Origin: Zygnema circumcarinatum SAG 698-1b
Lineage: Eukaryota > Plantae > Zygnematophyceae
Assembly (NCBI GenBank): GCA_037447605.1
Contig: CM074808.1
Location: 4,154,001 to 4,218,000, forward strand
Length of the DNA stretch: 64,000 nucleotides
Direction: 5' to 3'
Shown piece after piece: positions 24,469 through 36,719 of the stretch. The translations under genes and the position numbers were made by a program. A model generated the notes under the pieces. The model ran no database searches, was not told where the DNA came from, and saw nothing but the letters and a program-made list of their open reading frames with translations. Every line of letters begins with the position of its first letter. Positions within the stretch are counted from its first letter, which is position 1.

Positions 24469-27400
24469 TCACGTCCCCGACGATAGAACCAGCGACTGGC
24501 GAGGAAAACACACGATCTCTATCACCGTGGGCTCTCGCGGATCATCGAGCGGCTGCTGCCAAGGCTCTCCGTCAAGCTGCATGTACGCTTTGTTCCTGCC
24601 ATTACCTCTCAGCTCAATCTTGATCGCGTATGCCTGCCATCCGCAAAGAATAAGTGTTTAACACCATAGTCAACAATTCACCAACAAGCACACGCATTGT
24701 TGACAAGCGATGATAAATTCATATCTGAAGTGTCATCGCAACATGAAAAACACATAGACAAACACATAAACAAGGTATAGTTTGAAACGGAGCAGCACCT
24801 GTGCCAGGCGGATGGCAGAAGAAAGGCCTCCCATAAGCAGCGCTGTGTGCCAGCCATCCTTGAGGCCTACAACCTCCAGACGGCCGTCATCTGGCCGAGG
24901 TTCTACCCAGCCTTTCTGAACCCCATCCCCCCATTCGCACAACGTGTCAGCTGCGGCAAGGAAGCACGCTTTTCGCGCTGCGCTGCTGCAGAGTGGAGCG
25001 TGCCATCCACACCTCTTGCACTTCCTTCTCTGACGGGCGTCCCCACGGATTACGGCCTCCGGCATAACTCTGCAAGTTGAGCACGATGATGGAACGAAGT
25101 CTGCCATCCACAACACCATCCAAATGCAAGCGACGAATCGTCGGCCCCGAGCCGGGTTTGCATGGTGCTCCTACAGATCTTATAGGAAGAGGCATGCCCA
25201 AGGCATGATGAACAAAACTGCCGAGGGTCGTTTCACTACACGCTGAATTTTCCACTACACGGCCAAGTGAGGAATCTATAACCATTCCTATCTAAACATA
25301 TGCGGTATACTGGTTGCCCAACCTCCGCTGTCCGCAAAGCTACTTCATAAGGAGGTCGTGCATCACTTGATTCCCAATTAGCTAGCAAAGTCATGTACTC
25401 CGCACTGTCCTCACGACAAGGATCTGATGCTTACGTCCAAGGCAGAAAGAGCTCCTCATAGGGGCTGTCAGGCTGCTTCATGATGTGCACAGTGGCCACT
25501 TGATGAATTGATCTGCAGCCAATCATGATGAAAACACCAAGTGCATTAAAAAACAAATATGCGGAATATCCGCAGCGCACCACAAGGGCCTTGTTCAGCA
25601 CTTTGGTTCAGCAAGGCGGACGCCAAAGAGCGTTAGCCGAGATGGCTAAGGGGTGATGAAACCCACCTTCTGCGAGGATTGGGGGAGCAGCCGGCACAGA
25701 ACCAACCTTGACCGCAGCCAAAGCCCGAATAGATCATCTGCGCAGACATCACATCGCCTCGTCAGTGCTCTGCCTTCACAGTCTGCAAGCAGGCTCAAGC
25801 AGGAGTTTGTCGGCACATGCCTGGTTCGCTGCCCGGCCTCTTGCCAGCCACGGACGCACTTCACGAAGGTGGTGGAAGCCATACGCGATCTGTGCATCCA
25901 TACCTGCACAACCTCGCTTTGATTACCACACTGCCGAGATTCCACCACAAAGCAGGCCGATGCAATGGCCGTACTAAAGACGAACCTGCACGGTATTGAG
26001 CAGGAGCAGACACTCCACAACTACTTCATGCGGAAGTTAGCAAACGGTGGCGCACCAATGCTGAAGTAGTTGTAAAATGCTCCTGCAAATGCGTTAGGAA
26101 CTTGAGCCGCTCCGTCTGCAATCACTTCGTCCTGATCGTCTGTGCTCTGACAGGTCAGCCTCCCCACTCCCAGGCCGGCCATTGAGACCCGCTTGGAAAC
26201 AGAGCGTCGCCCAAGCTCCTATGTCACCTATTGATGCCATCACTCACCTCATGCTATTAATTCTAGGACCGAATATCTTTGACAAAATCATCCTTTTAAC
26301 CCAATTGGTTGCGTTCAAATTCGCAAGCCATCAAGGAATCATGCAAGGAACTTAATTCGAAAAGCGTAAGAAGTGTAAAAAGTTTGACAGGAACAATCAT
26401 CGGTAGCCTACCAAAGATGGCTCGAGAGGAATATGGTGCTGCGGGTGCATGGCATGCGGCAGCACTAAGGCTGCCTTATCGCTCCCGGCAGGTGGCAGCA
26501 CTATAATATTCCAACTGCAAGACAAGTCCAGAAGCATCAAGTTTAAACTGGTATTCATTATTGATTAGCATAAGAAATCACCCCATTCCCACTACCCACT
26601 AGAATGATGGCATCATCGGGCAAAAGTACTAGCAGTTTCTGATCCCTACTGAACCTGTACATCACCTGTCAAGATTGGCCTTGGCAGCAGACGTAGCTGC
26701 CAGTAAGCGAGCTTTGACTGTTGCTGCTGTTGCTGACTGGAAAGCTGCCCCCTGCCAGACCATAACACCGCGAGTATTCTTGCTTAATAGAACCAAAAGA
26801 TGATGACCGCAAATGTGCCACGTTTGGAATACAGTACATACCCAGCCAAAGCTCCGTGAGAGGTCATTGCCGGTCCCGAGGGGAATAACACCGACAGGTG
26901 GCACAGTCCGACCGTCGAGCTGTGCTACGCTTGACAACATCCAGCCAACCGTTCCATCTCCGCCGGCCACCTGCATTTGTAACCAGAACACGTTCCATTT
27001 GTCAAACAATTCAGCGGGTTCCATTTCCTTGCTCACTGCATTATTCTGAAGTATCCGCATATAAGAACGAACATCCTCGACTCATCCAGGAATATGTTCA
27101 AATAAGCAGTAATGACGCATGTTCTGGCCTTACCAACACACGAAGGCGCTGCAGCACCTCTGCTGCTGCCTTGTCCCCGCTGTCTGCTCGCTCTTGCAGA
27201 CACTTCAGAGCCGCCTCAAGTGCTTTACCTGGTGCGATCTTTGACAGATCAAAGACCTACAGTCACACGAGAAGTGTAACAAAGCCTAGATAAGAATCTT
27301 ATCTACAAATGACGCCTACACGTTTTCCAGCTGGCAATGTTATAGTGAATATACTCCAATGCAAATAGCCTCCTGTAGCAGCACTTACCGCAGTGCAAGC

Positions 27401-28336
27401 ACTAAAATCCACAAAGAAGTTGAATTATACTGTTCAATAATCTTTGAATAAAAGAAGGTCACCCTGAACAGCGTAGGCAATCTCTAGGCTCAAAAAACGT
27501 CGCCAAATGCTGGTCACTGTCAGGCACAAGGCTATGGAACTGAGATAAAATAACAGTATGGGCAGTAATGATATAATTGCGACATGAACTCCACGTGGGT
27601 CGTTACGTGTAGGACCATCATGTTTAGGTCTAGTCGGATAGAGGTCGACTAACTTGTGGAGGTCAGCTTCCACTTTAGTGGTAACGGCACAAAGTCAACA
27701 TATAAAGGAAGGTTCGTGTCAAAATATGTCCAGCGACAAGACTAACGAAGCGAGTGCACGAGCCTTACGATCCTTACAAGAAGACACCGGCCCGAAAAGA
27801 AAAATGCAAACTTTGCAAAAGTTTGAACGAGTTGTTGCATTGAAAAGAGGAACGTCCACTGCGGACTGGCTCCGACCGAAGTAGGACAAGTAAATACAGA
27901 CGATTAGACGGTAGGGGGACACGGCAAATCCCCATTTGCTCTTCCCCGGTTCGCCATCCAGGGAGCGTCAAGAGGTCGCGAGGCGGAGCAAGCAGCATTG
28001 AGCAGGGCGGGCGGCGGGCACCTGCGCGGGCCCGATGAGGTCCGCCAGCAGGCGGATGAGCGCGGCCCCCATGCGCCCGCCACTGCGCGAGTTCACGAAC
28101 GCGAGCAGCGGGGCGCGCGGCACCGCCTCCGCCTCCGCCTCCCCGCCCACCGCCATGGCCAGGGCCAGGGCCGCGTCGTCGGCCGCCTCCCCCGCGGGAG
28201 GACCGCCCACCGCCGCGACGGCCGCGCTGACGGCCGCCGCCAGGCGCGGGGGGAGGACCGCGCCGGCCGCCACCTCCGCGTCGCGCCGCGCCCCCCCGCC
28301 CCCGCCCCCGCCCTCCCCCTCCGCAGCCATGGCCAT
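24469..28336 (-). CDS. DGK: Diacylglycerol kinase, plant cluster II (DGK3/4/7-like, no C1 domains)
   Basis: PLLAFVNSRSGGRMG (exon 1), VFDLSK..LRVL, VAGGDGTVGWML..PPVGVIPLGTGNDLSRSFGW, FYNYFSIG|MDAQIAYGFHHLR, RSIIVLNLQSYAGGRNPWG, DDGRLEVVGLKDGWH, AYMQLDGEPWQQP, stop at 24469. Confidence 0.95.
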
Positions 28337-28731
28337 GGCCGCCCTCGCCCTCGCCCTCCCACCCGCCCGTCGCGCGTCAGACGCCGACTCGACCCGCCCC
28401 GAGCCGAGAGCAGCGAGGCGGAGGCGGGAGCGGGGGCGGGGCCGTACGGTGCCGCTGGGCCGTACGGCCCCGCCTGGCCTCTCATTGAGGACCGTACGGG
28501 TGGTCACTGACTGACTGACTGACCTCTCGAGGGCCGCTCCAAATGTTCGGGACAGCGAGGCAGGCAGGCAGGCAGACAGGCAGGCAGGCAGGCAAGCAGG
28601 CTGCGGCCATGGCTCCGCCCCCCTCCTCCCCGCGGCGCGCACGCCCGTGTAGTAGTAGGACTCGCGCTGCTGCTGCTGGCGCTGCGGCCCTGCGGAGATG
28701 ACGCCACTCCTGCTCATTGCTGCGCCGCTCC
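28337..28731. promoter_or_regulatory. About 395-bp GC-rich interval between divergent DGK and LptF/G-like start codons
   Basis: Divergent ATGs at 28336 and 28732, with (ACTG)n and (GCAG)n tracts between them. Shared promoter is inferred. Confidence 0.5.
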
Positions 28732-31700
28732 ATGGCCGCCCTTCCCGCCCTGCACGTGCTTCGCTCACCGCGCCCTGCACCTCTTGTCTGCCTTCCCCCC
28801 ACCGCTTGTCGTGCCACTTTAGGGCGCGTGCAGAACGAGGGACGCTGGTCTCAGATATTCTCGAGAGGCTCCATTGTTCCCCTAGCACTTACGCATGAGC
28901 TGCTGATGAAGTGCCACGGCGACTTGCTTTACGGGCGAAAGCAGAGAATACGGCCGAGGGAACTTGGTTCGAATTGCACTTCAGCTAGTAGCAGGGGCTC
29001 AACTGCATCTGCATCAGCAGTAAGCAGTGGGAATCCGGGCGAGGCCCCAGACAGCCCTCGGACAGCCTTCCCGCGACAGAAATGGGTTGCGGCAGCAATT
29101 TCGGGCGAAGCGTTCGGAGCATGGCGGAGATCCATGCTGCAGCGGCTGGACGCTGTGCTGAGTTCCGTGAGGATCGTTGCAGACCTTGATGCGATAAAGG
29201 AGCAATGCAAGTTAGGAGTTTTGGAGGTTTATCTGGCAGGAGAGATGCTTCCTATATTCCTTTTGGGCGTTGCCACCTGCGCTATGCTTGGCATGTCACT
29301 GGGCGCGCTTGCACAGCTCATCAGAGAAGTTGCTGTTTCAGGTCGGTACTTTCGCTGCCATGTGCTCAACTTGCCGAGTGCACTAAAGCAGCCAAGGTGC
29401 TGCGGTTCCGCACGGTCTGAAAGCCTCTTCTGCATGTGAGCTGGTTTCCAAAGGACGTGATGGGACACTGGCCTCCCAGGTGGACAATGTGTGGGGGAGA
29501 TCGTTGCATAGAGAAAGCTGCGCATGAGCAGAAACACGACCTCGCTGAAGATCAGATGATTCAGCCATCCACGTTTCGCCAGTTGCCGCCCTGTCTTTCT
29601 CGCGTCATAAATGTGTGATGCGTATCCTTCTAAAATAAATAAAACTGATGTTTTCACTTTCTTGCGATTCTGTTCTACGTATTCAAGGAATATAAGAGGG
29701 AGTTTGAAAATTTAAACAGAGAAAGACTTGTGCAAACACCTGACGGCATTAGCATCACAATGCAGGAATCCGTCAATCTTTCTTCTCGTCGCTCTTTGTT
29801 CATGGTTTGGTTGCATGTAACGTGCGTGGTATATCAAGCGGAAATGGTCATCTTTTGCCAGGCTGCGGACCAAATCACTTAGCGACACCCAACGGCGAGT
29901 GAATTTGTGGAGTGGATGCTGAAATTTCTGAAGAGAAAATGCACCTACAGTGGGGAGTATAGGATTTGTGAACATGCAGACTTGCAGAGCAGAACATGAA
30001 CATGCAGATCACTTGCAGGCGTTCAATAGGTGTTATTCAAAAGCATGTTGACAGCAACTGAAGGCTAAACAATGTGCTTTGCGCTCTTCCATGCCTACAT
30101 AAAGTGAATCAATTACATAAAATGGATTGTGTAGGTGAAAACATTCGAAGATGTCAAGTGCGCACTGGTGAGGCTGCTTGCGAATTCTGACCATATTAGC
30201 GGAATACTGTCATTTAGGCATTTAGGATTGGCTTAGGTTAAACGATGTTTCCAAAGTTAGAGATGTATAAGCTTTTAGTCCTCTGCTTACGATACCGTGA
30301 AGTTAGAAGAAAGCCAAGTGGGGAAAGCCTTGTTGTTGTGATTGTTTGGTGTTTGTACAACCCCTCTTCCCCCCACTCTGACCGTCTTTCTCGTTTCTTT
30401 TTTCCTTTTGCATCTTCCAATCAGTGGTAGGTAATGACGCCACTTGACAGTTTGAATACGGCATTTTCATTCTGTCCTTCCGCTCTGTGCAGGCCTACCC
30501 CTACGAGTGGCGTTTAGTGCAGCCATATTACAATTGCCGCGCTTCGGAGCTCTTGCAGCACCTATGGCTTGTCTTGGCGCGACATTGCTTGTTTTCAACC
30601 GGCTAAGAGTGAGTACCGTCAAAGTCCCAAAAAGATGCGCTTGGTCGAATAAGCAGTTGATCAATAGGACCCGTTTTTGTTAATGTTGGACAAGGTTGAG
30701 GTTCGGGGTGCGCACATGCATTCAGGCGCCGTTTTTCTGAGAAGCTGACTGATTTGATCTGCTCTCATATTCTCCATTATCCTCAGTTGACGCAATGACT
30801 TTTTCGGGTAGCACAACACAGAGCATTGTTAGATGTTAACTGGACCCCTTAAAACTGGTCTTTTTGCGACGTTTGAATTTTAGACTGCCCTCTCTAGAGC
30901 AGGTTATCTGATCCCAGGCTCTGCTATATACATAGTTTTGCGCATGAGTCATCCATACACCATCGCCCGCTAGCCGTTACTATTTCCCGAGCACTCTCTG
31001 ATCTGTCATTCCCTTTGACAGAGTTCTCATGCGCTTCTGTGAACTCTCCTTACCTTATCAAGTTTGGTGCTAGGTTGTTGCTCATAGTTTAAACACTATA
31101 AATGAAGTTACGTTCCTATAAAGGGCACTTATTCCCAGAGAAAATTCACAGATTTTAACGTGTAAGCCTTATTTCCATTTTCTTTTGTGGAGGTCTTTCT
31201 CTTTCTCATTTCCTCTCTTCTCTTCATTTGTCCAGAAATCTGCCGTTCTGTGTGGGGTCGTGTGTTCGGTGATTCTCACTGTTAGAAGTTTCTGCTTGAC
31301 AGTCTGATGCGGAGCTTGTGGCGCTGGCAGCGGCAGGCGTGTCAAGCTGGCGGGTCCTCGCTGCGCCGCTCGGCCTTGCAGTGGCAGCGGCGCTCCTCAC
31401 GCTCGCATGCAATGAAAAGGTGGTCCCGGCAACAACGGCACTGTAAGGCCGGCTCGTTTCTTCCAGCCCCTATGGGTAGCTGGTCATGCTTCCGTCATTT
31501 TTTGAAAGCCAAATGAATGATTCGTTCAGTTTGCATGCAGGATTGTGGGGCTATGGAGAGAAGTTCTGGGCTGCTGAAAGAGTGCAGGTGGTCCCGGCGG
31601 GTGACTGTGGAGTTCAGTACATCTATATATTTTGCAGAAGCATTGGTACTTTGGAGTTTGGTCTGTGTAGTCACATAAAATGATATATGTTGTGTGGTAC

Positions 31701-34393
31701 GAAGCTTGATCAAAGTGGGCAATGGTGAGTCCTTTTTGCGAAACCGGGATTGTTGGGATAAATCTTAGACACGAAGGGAATTGGGGAGCCAAGCAGGGCT
31801 CGACGCATGGTGGAGACAGCTGTCACGACAGAGCTGCGAGGCATGCGTCCACAAGACAACATGCTTTACAAGGAGTACAGCACAAAGGTGGGAGTTCTTT
31901 TGATCTTTTTTCTCATAGTAGTAAGTATAGGTTTGCACTGTTGGTTGTTCACTTCTTATTTTTTGTGCAAAACCTGCATGATGTGGTAGCTTTTCCGATA
32001 TAGATTCTGCTGATGTACAATTAAGGAACTGCAGAAGTTGAAGTGTGCTGGATGGGCGTTGCAGCAATGTTGGTCTTCTCATAGCCTGTGTTTAGGGGGG
32101 TCATCTCTGTTCAGGGTGAAATTTTTGGGGGACTTCTTTCTGGTGAGTCGTTTAGCAGGTCATCAGCACCGCCGTCTCTATTGAGGGCCCGAAAAACCCT
32201 TCGGAGAGTGTGGTATGCTGACCGGATGGAAGGTGGGACCATGCATGGCCTCACTATGCTTGAGATTGCGCCGAGTGGAGACCTGAAGACGGTGGGTGGG
32301 TAACTACCAGTTTTCCTTTTTTTCAATCGTAGTAAAGTCTGTATGCACTCTGTCAAAAAATCTATGGGCGGTGTGCAGGAATGTTTGACATATGTACATG
32401 AACTAATCCTACTTTAGTTTGAGGGGAATATCTTTATCAGAGATGAACGGTGCGTGTGGTTGCAAGATATTCTGAAATTTCCGTGACTGATAGTGGTGCA
32501 TGGAGACGCTAGCGAAGTGTCCAGCCTGCCAATAACATCCCCACAGTTATTTTGTCAGTCTGCTGTTGTTCTCTATTCTAAAGGGGTTGGAATTTTTTTT
32601 TAATGTTTTGATCTGCAGGTGGTGACCGCTGACAGCTGCACTTGGAATTGGTCTGACCATGTTTGGGAGCTCAGCGGGTGCACCGCCCTTCAGTTGGCGG
32701 ACGACCACTCTCCATGCCGCATCCTTGAGGTGGGTCATTGGGTTTTTTTTTTTTTTTTCTTTTTTTTTTTAGTTTTTGGCCAATATCGCTTAGTCGGGGT
32801 AAAGATAGTTTTACGAGTTTTTGCACAGCAGGAGGATTGAGTTCAACCTGCCAGTGATCTTTTCTATGTTTTGTAATCATTTCTTTGGGTGACTTATTGT
32901 CTTCCCAGATGTGGTTGTGTTTGCTTAATGTTCCTTGAGGGGAATGAATTTGGTGGAAAGCATTTATCCGGAGATGACAAATTCATTTTTAGCTCATGCC
33001 TTTCTTTTGCTCAGAGCTCTACACAACAAAAAACAAGGTGTCCTGAAATGGGAAGCTTTCGACACGGGAGTGCATGGCTATCAAGAAATGCCCAGCGTGC
33101 AGGCCAAGTATTGAATGAAAGACTGAGTGCTTAATTGAAAATCATTGGTGGCAATTTGTATCCAACTTCATAGCAAAACTGTTGTTTGTGTGTGTGCGGT
33201 TCTGCTCCTATCATGTGTCTGTACTAACGTATGACCAAAAGACTAACCTAGGCACCTTGTCCTTCCTTCACATTGATCGGAAGTTAAATTATGGCCGGAG
33301 AAGGGAGGTCGAGGTGGTGCAGTTTGGATGCAGAGATTGTGCGAAGAGTGGCTCAGGAGCAGTTTCTACCCCTTTGATAAATGCCACTCTTTACCGCATT
33401 CTATGTGTTTGGAGTAGTGGGCTTGTTCCTGTCGGATTTCTCACAGGACTGTCTTTTTCTTCGGTTCTCAAGTGACTTGCGTATGTCAAGGGAAGATGTC
33501 TGCGTCTTATGGCGTGACTCTGTTTGTTTTTTCCCTGCTGCATGTGCAGGCGGAAAGGCTAGAGCTCCCAATGCCGGAGCAGCCGCTTGCTGCCAACTGG
33601 GAGGCTCTGGACGTGCAGTTCCCGTCGCGGCAGGACGTGTGGGCGCGCGTGGCGCGGCTGGCGGAGGACGTCCGCCGAGGCGGCGGCCCCGCGGCCAGGC
33701 AGAGGCCGGACGTGTGGGTCACCCCGGACGGGCGCCTCCGGTGGGGGGGGCGGGGCTGGCTGCGGGCGGGCCTCCTCGGGCCGGGGAAGCTTTCGGGCAG
33801 AGTGGCGGAGATCCTGGAGGCGGAATGCAGCTTGAGACAGCGCGATGCGGCTGCGTTTTCGTGTCTCGTGTATGCGCTGGTCAGTGCGTCGCTCCTTTTG
33901 GATGAATGGTCCCTTTGGGAATCAACATGTATGTTCATCATGGCAGTAGAGAGCGGGCTGCTGTTCGGCCGTCGTAGGCGTCAGCCACAACTTTGCTTTG
34001 CTGTGGATTTGATGTGTTGAAAGTGTGGCTTAGCCTGTCACACCCAATGTGGGCAAACTGCATAGTGCAGGGGGCATGCATGCAAAGTAAATGCAACATA
34101 AAGCTCGAGTGAAGCTCATTGCTAACAGAGCTGCGTAGCGCTGCTGGCAGGTGGGCACCGCTGCCACCATGGCGTGTTCGCGGCAGGAAGGAAAGACCTT
34201 CCGCGGCGGGCGGGCGGGGCCCTTCGTCGCGGCGCTCGCGTGCGTGGCGGCGCACAGCGTGCTGAGCGCCGTGGCGGCGACAGCTGGCGCGCAGGGGCTG
34301 CTCTCGCCGGCCGCCAGCGCGTGGCTGCCCTGCGCCGCGGGGCTCGGCATGGCTCCAGCAATGCTGCTCGCGTCATCGCGTACGAAGAGTTGA
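28732..34393 (+). CDS. lptF/lptG: LptF/LptG (YjgP/YjgQ) family lipid/LPS-export permease of cyanobacterial type, with N-terminal transit-peptide-like extension; 8 exons, about 605 aa
   Basis: Exons 28732-29341, 30493-30608, 31303-31442, 31797-31887, 32115-32291, 32619-32729, 33550-33879 and 34151-34393 join in frame (1818 nt) at GT-AG sites. Peptides: VYLAGEMLPIFLLGV..LIREVAVSG|LPL..QLPRFGALAAPMACLGATLLVFNRLR|SDAELVALAAAGVSSWRV..NEKVVP, NMLYKEY, RVWYADRMEGGTMHGLTML, VVTADSCTWNWSDHVWEL, GLLSPAASAWLP. These follow the LptF/G pattern P..L+T...RL..DSE+.AL...G.S and ..LSP..+AWLP. Confidence 0.85.
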
Positions 34394-34904
34394 AAACTTG
34401 TATCTCTTGTTTTCTTCCTGTTTTGTCTGGAATAGATGGATCTTGGCTTTGCAACTTCTCCGAATGTGCTCCACACCTGTTGCAGATTTAGACGCCAGAT
34501 ATGTATTTTTACGGGAGGTTTTTGTTCAAAACAGCTGAGAGACAAACGTGCAGAAGGGTGCGAGATATCAGACCAAAGATTCAAGATAAGCACCATCAGA
34601 AACAAGTCTCACTTCAAATACGTGGAAGGACAGCAAGTGTAGGGTCTGCGGTTAATCAAGGCACAATTGAAGAACTCTCGCAGAAGGCGATCATCATCGG
34701 CGACCTTTGCGGCTGCTTCGAGCGTAGTTGAGCCTAGGTGTAGCTTTTTGTTCCTAGCTGTTTTCTTTAGGTCCTTTGCGACCAATTTCTCGTGGTTCCC
34801 TATGACGATTTTGTCTATGTACATTTGATGGCCTCTTCATTGTGAGATCAATGTCACTTCCTTTTCTACTTGCTTGCAAAAGTAATTGAGCTGATAAAAA
34901 TGCA

Positions 34905-35115
34905 TATTAGCGTATCTAGCTAAAAAAGGTGTGTAAATAGCATTTTCCTTACTGTAAATGTTTATTCTGAATAAAATTTGGGTGGTGGGTAGAGCAGTCA
35001 AATGTAATGAGCATAAAATGGGTTTTTAGCGTGTTTAAACTCTCTTTTTTCTAAATAAAATTTGCCTGGCAAAAAAAGGTGTGTATCTAGACAAAAAAGA
35101 TGTGAAAATAGCAGT
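34905..35115. repeat. Two direct copies of the R3 motif (GTATCTAGC.AAAAAAGGTGTG.AAATAGC)
   Basis: Copies at ~34911-34940 and ~35070-35112 match the right arm at 11233-11265. Confidence 0.65.
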
Positions 35116-35146
35116 TTCCAAAAATTAATGCAAAATTATAAAATAA

Positions 35147-35503
35147 CTATATTTGGCAAAAATCGGGCGAAAATATTGTATTTGGCAAATATAAGGTCCG
35201 TGTTACCAATAGACGAGCGGAATTATGTTAGAGTTCATGTATGTCTTTTCGTATCGTATCGTATCGTATCGTATCGTGTCGTGGCAAACCGCATACAGTA
35301 CATGAAGCACGCCTTAGCGTTCACTGAGGCAGCAAACCAAAAAGCTTCGAGCCCGTAACGAAAACTACAGCTCGTACGGCTAGTACGGATAGTACCGTAT
35401 CGGGGCGTATCGTATCGTATCGAAGCCAAGAAGAAGTGGAGAAGAGCGAGCGCCTCTTACGGCGGCACGTGCGGGGAGAATAGGTGAGTTTTGCGTAAGC
35501 CCG
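35147..35503 (+). repeat. Dispersed repeat family R1 with internal (TATCG)n microsatellite
   Basis: It is the reverse complement of the two units at 52665-53419 (e.g. GTGTTACCAATAGACGAGCGGAATTATGTTAGAGTTCATG; CCTCTTACGGCGGCACGTGCGGGGAG..GGTGAGTTTT.CGTAAGCCCG). Confidence 0.85.
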
Positions 35504-36719
35504 TGTAGCACAAAGATAAGTGGGGTTAAAAGGAGACTGCTGAGCTAGTTGCAGGTGCTGTACGGCCACTCGCGCGTCCGTGCTGAAACTGATGAAGGGT
35601 TGGGTTGGTTCTGTGGGTCTGCCTGCAGCATAGAGCCAGGATCCGGGAGATTCAGAGGTACGCGCAGCGGAAGACGTAGGGATCCTGAAGATGTTCCCAC
35701 CGGCGGCTGGACCCGATGCGCAATGAGCCCTTCCTTGGGGGCTCTCCTCCCCTGTCCTCCCCTCGGCTAGTCTCTTAGCTAGGCTTCTAGTTATCATTGG
35801 TCATTGGGAGGAATGTAAGGCAGGATAGAATAAGATGGTAGCTTGGCATAGTGACAGCAAAGGGAAAACAGGACTCAACTTAGATAAAGGTTGTATTTTG
35901 GAAAGTCACCCCAGCCAGCGGTTGGCTGGGGATTGTCATTACAATGAAAGTATCTTCTCACTGAAATCTTTGTCTGGCTGGGCTGAATGGGACGTCTAAA
36001 TGCTATTGTTAGTGTAAAGTAGTTAGGGACTTGTTGTACACTAAGTTGTTGGTACTAAGTTCTAAGGAGGGGTGTGCTCATGTTGTCCACATTGTACGGA
36101 GGGGCGTCTAGGCGACCGTACAAGTCTTTAAGGGGTGTGCATGTAGCGCGCAGAGTCTGATTTGGCAAGGCATCAGAATGTCGGTGCGGCCAATCAGTGG
36201 TACGATTTGGAAGGCCAAGACCATGGGTGTACGGACATTGGTCGGTGGCGCGGCGCGGCGTGGCGGAGTCAGATGTGACGTGGCGCGACACGACAAATCG
36301 AGAAGTGACGAGGCGCGAATCAGCGCGCGGAGCAGAACTGACAAGGTACGGAGTCAGCAATGATTCATTTGGAGGACAGTGNNNNNNNNNNCGTGACATG
36401 ACAATGTCACTAATGGCGCCATATAGTATTTAAGGGTTAGATTGTTTGGTAGAAGTTAACCTTCTCGTGACTCACATCAGGGTGAGGTTATCTTGCTTAG
36501 GGCCTAGGAGATAGTGGGAAGAGTTCAGCTTGTAGTGGGTGGTTTATTCACGTAGCTTGAGAAGAGGTGCTTGAAGCTTGGCTCTAGTGTTGTCAAGTTG
36601 TATTTCATCTTTATCTTAAGGAGTTTTAGGCTGGTGGCTTTCTCCTTACATTTTCATATTTCCGCTGAGTTGTTCTCTTGCATTTAGTGTGCTTTGTGTG
36701 ATTGAGCAATTCATTGAAA

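Noticed and set aside
34609-34824. Minus-strand 71-aa ORF (MYIDKIVIGNHEK..) as a transposase fragment
   Set aside because: Only a vague resemblance, with no catalytic or dimerisation motif.
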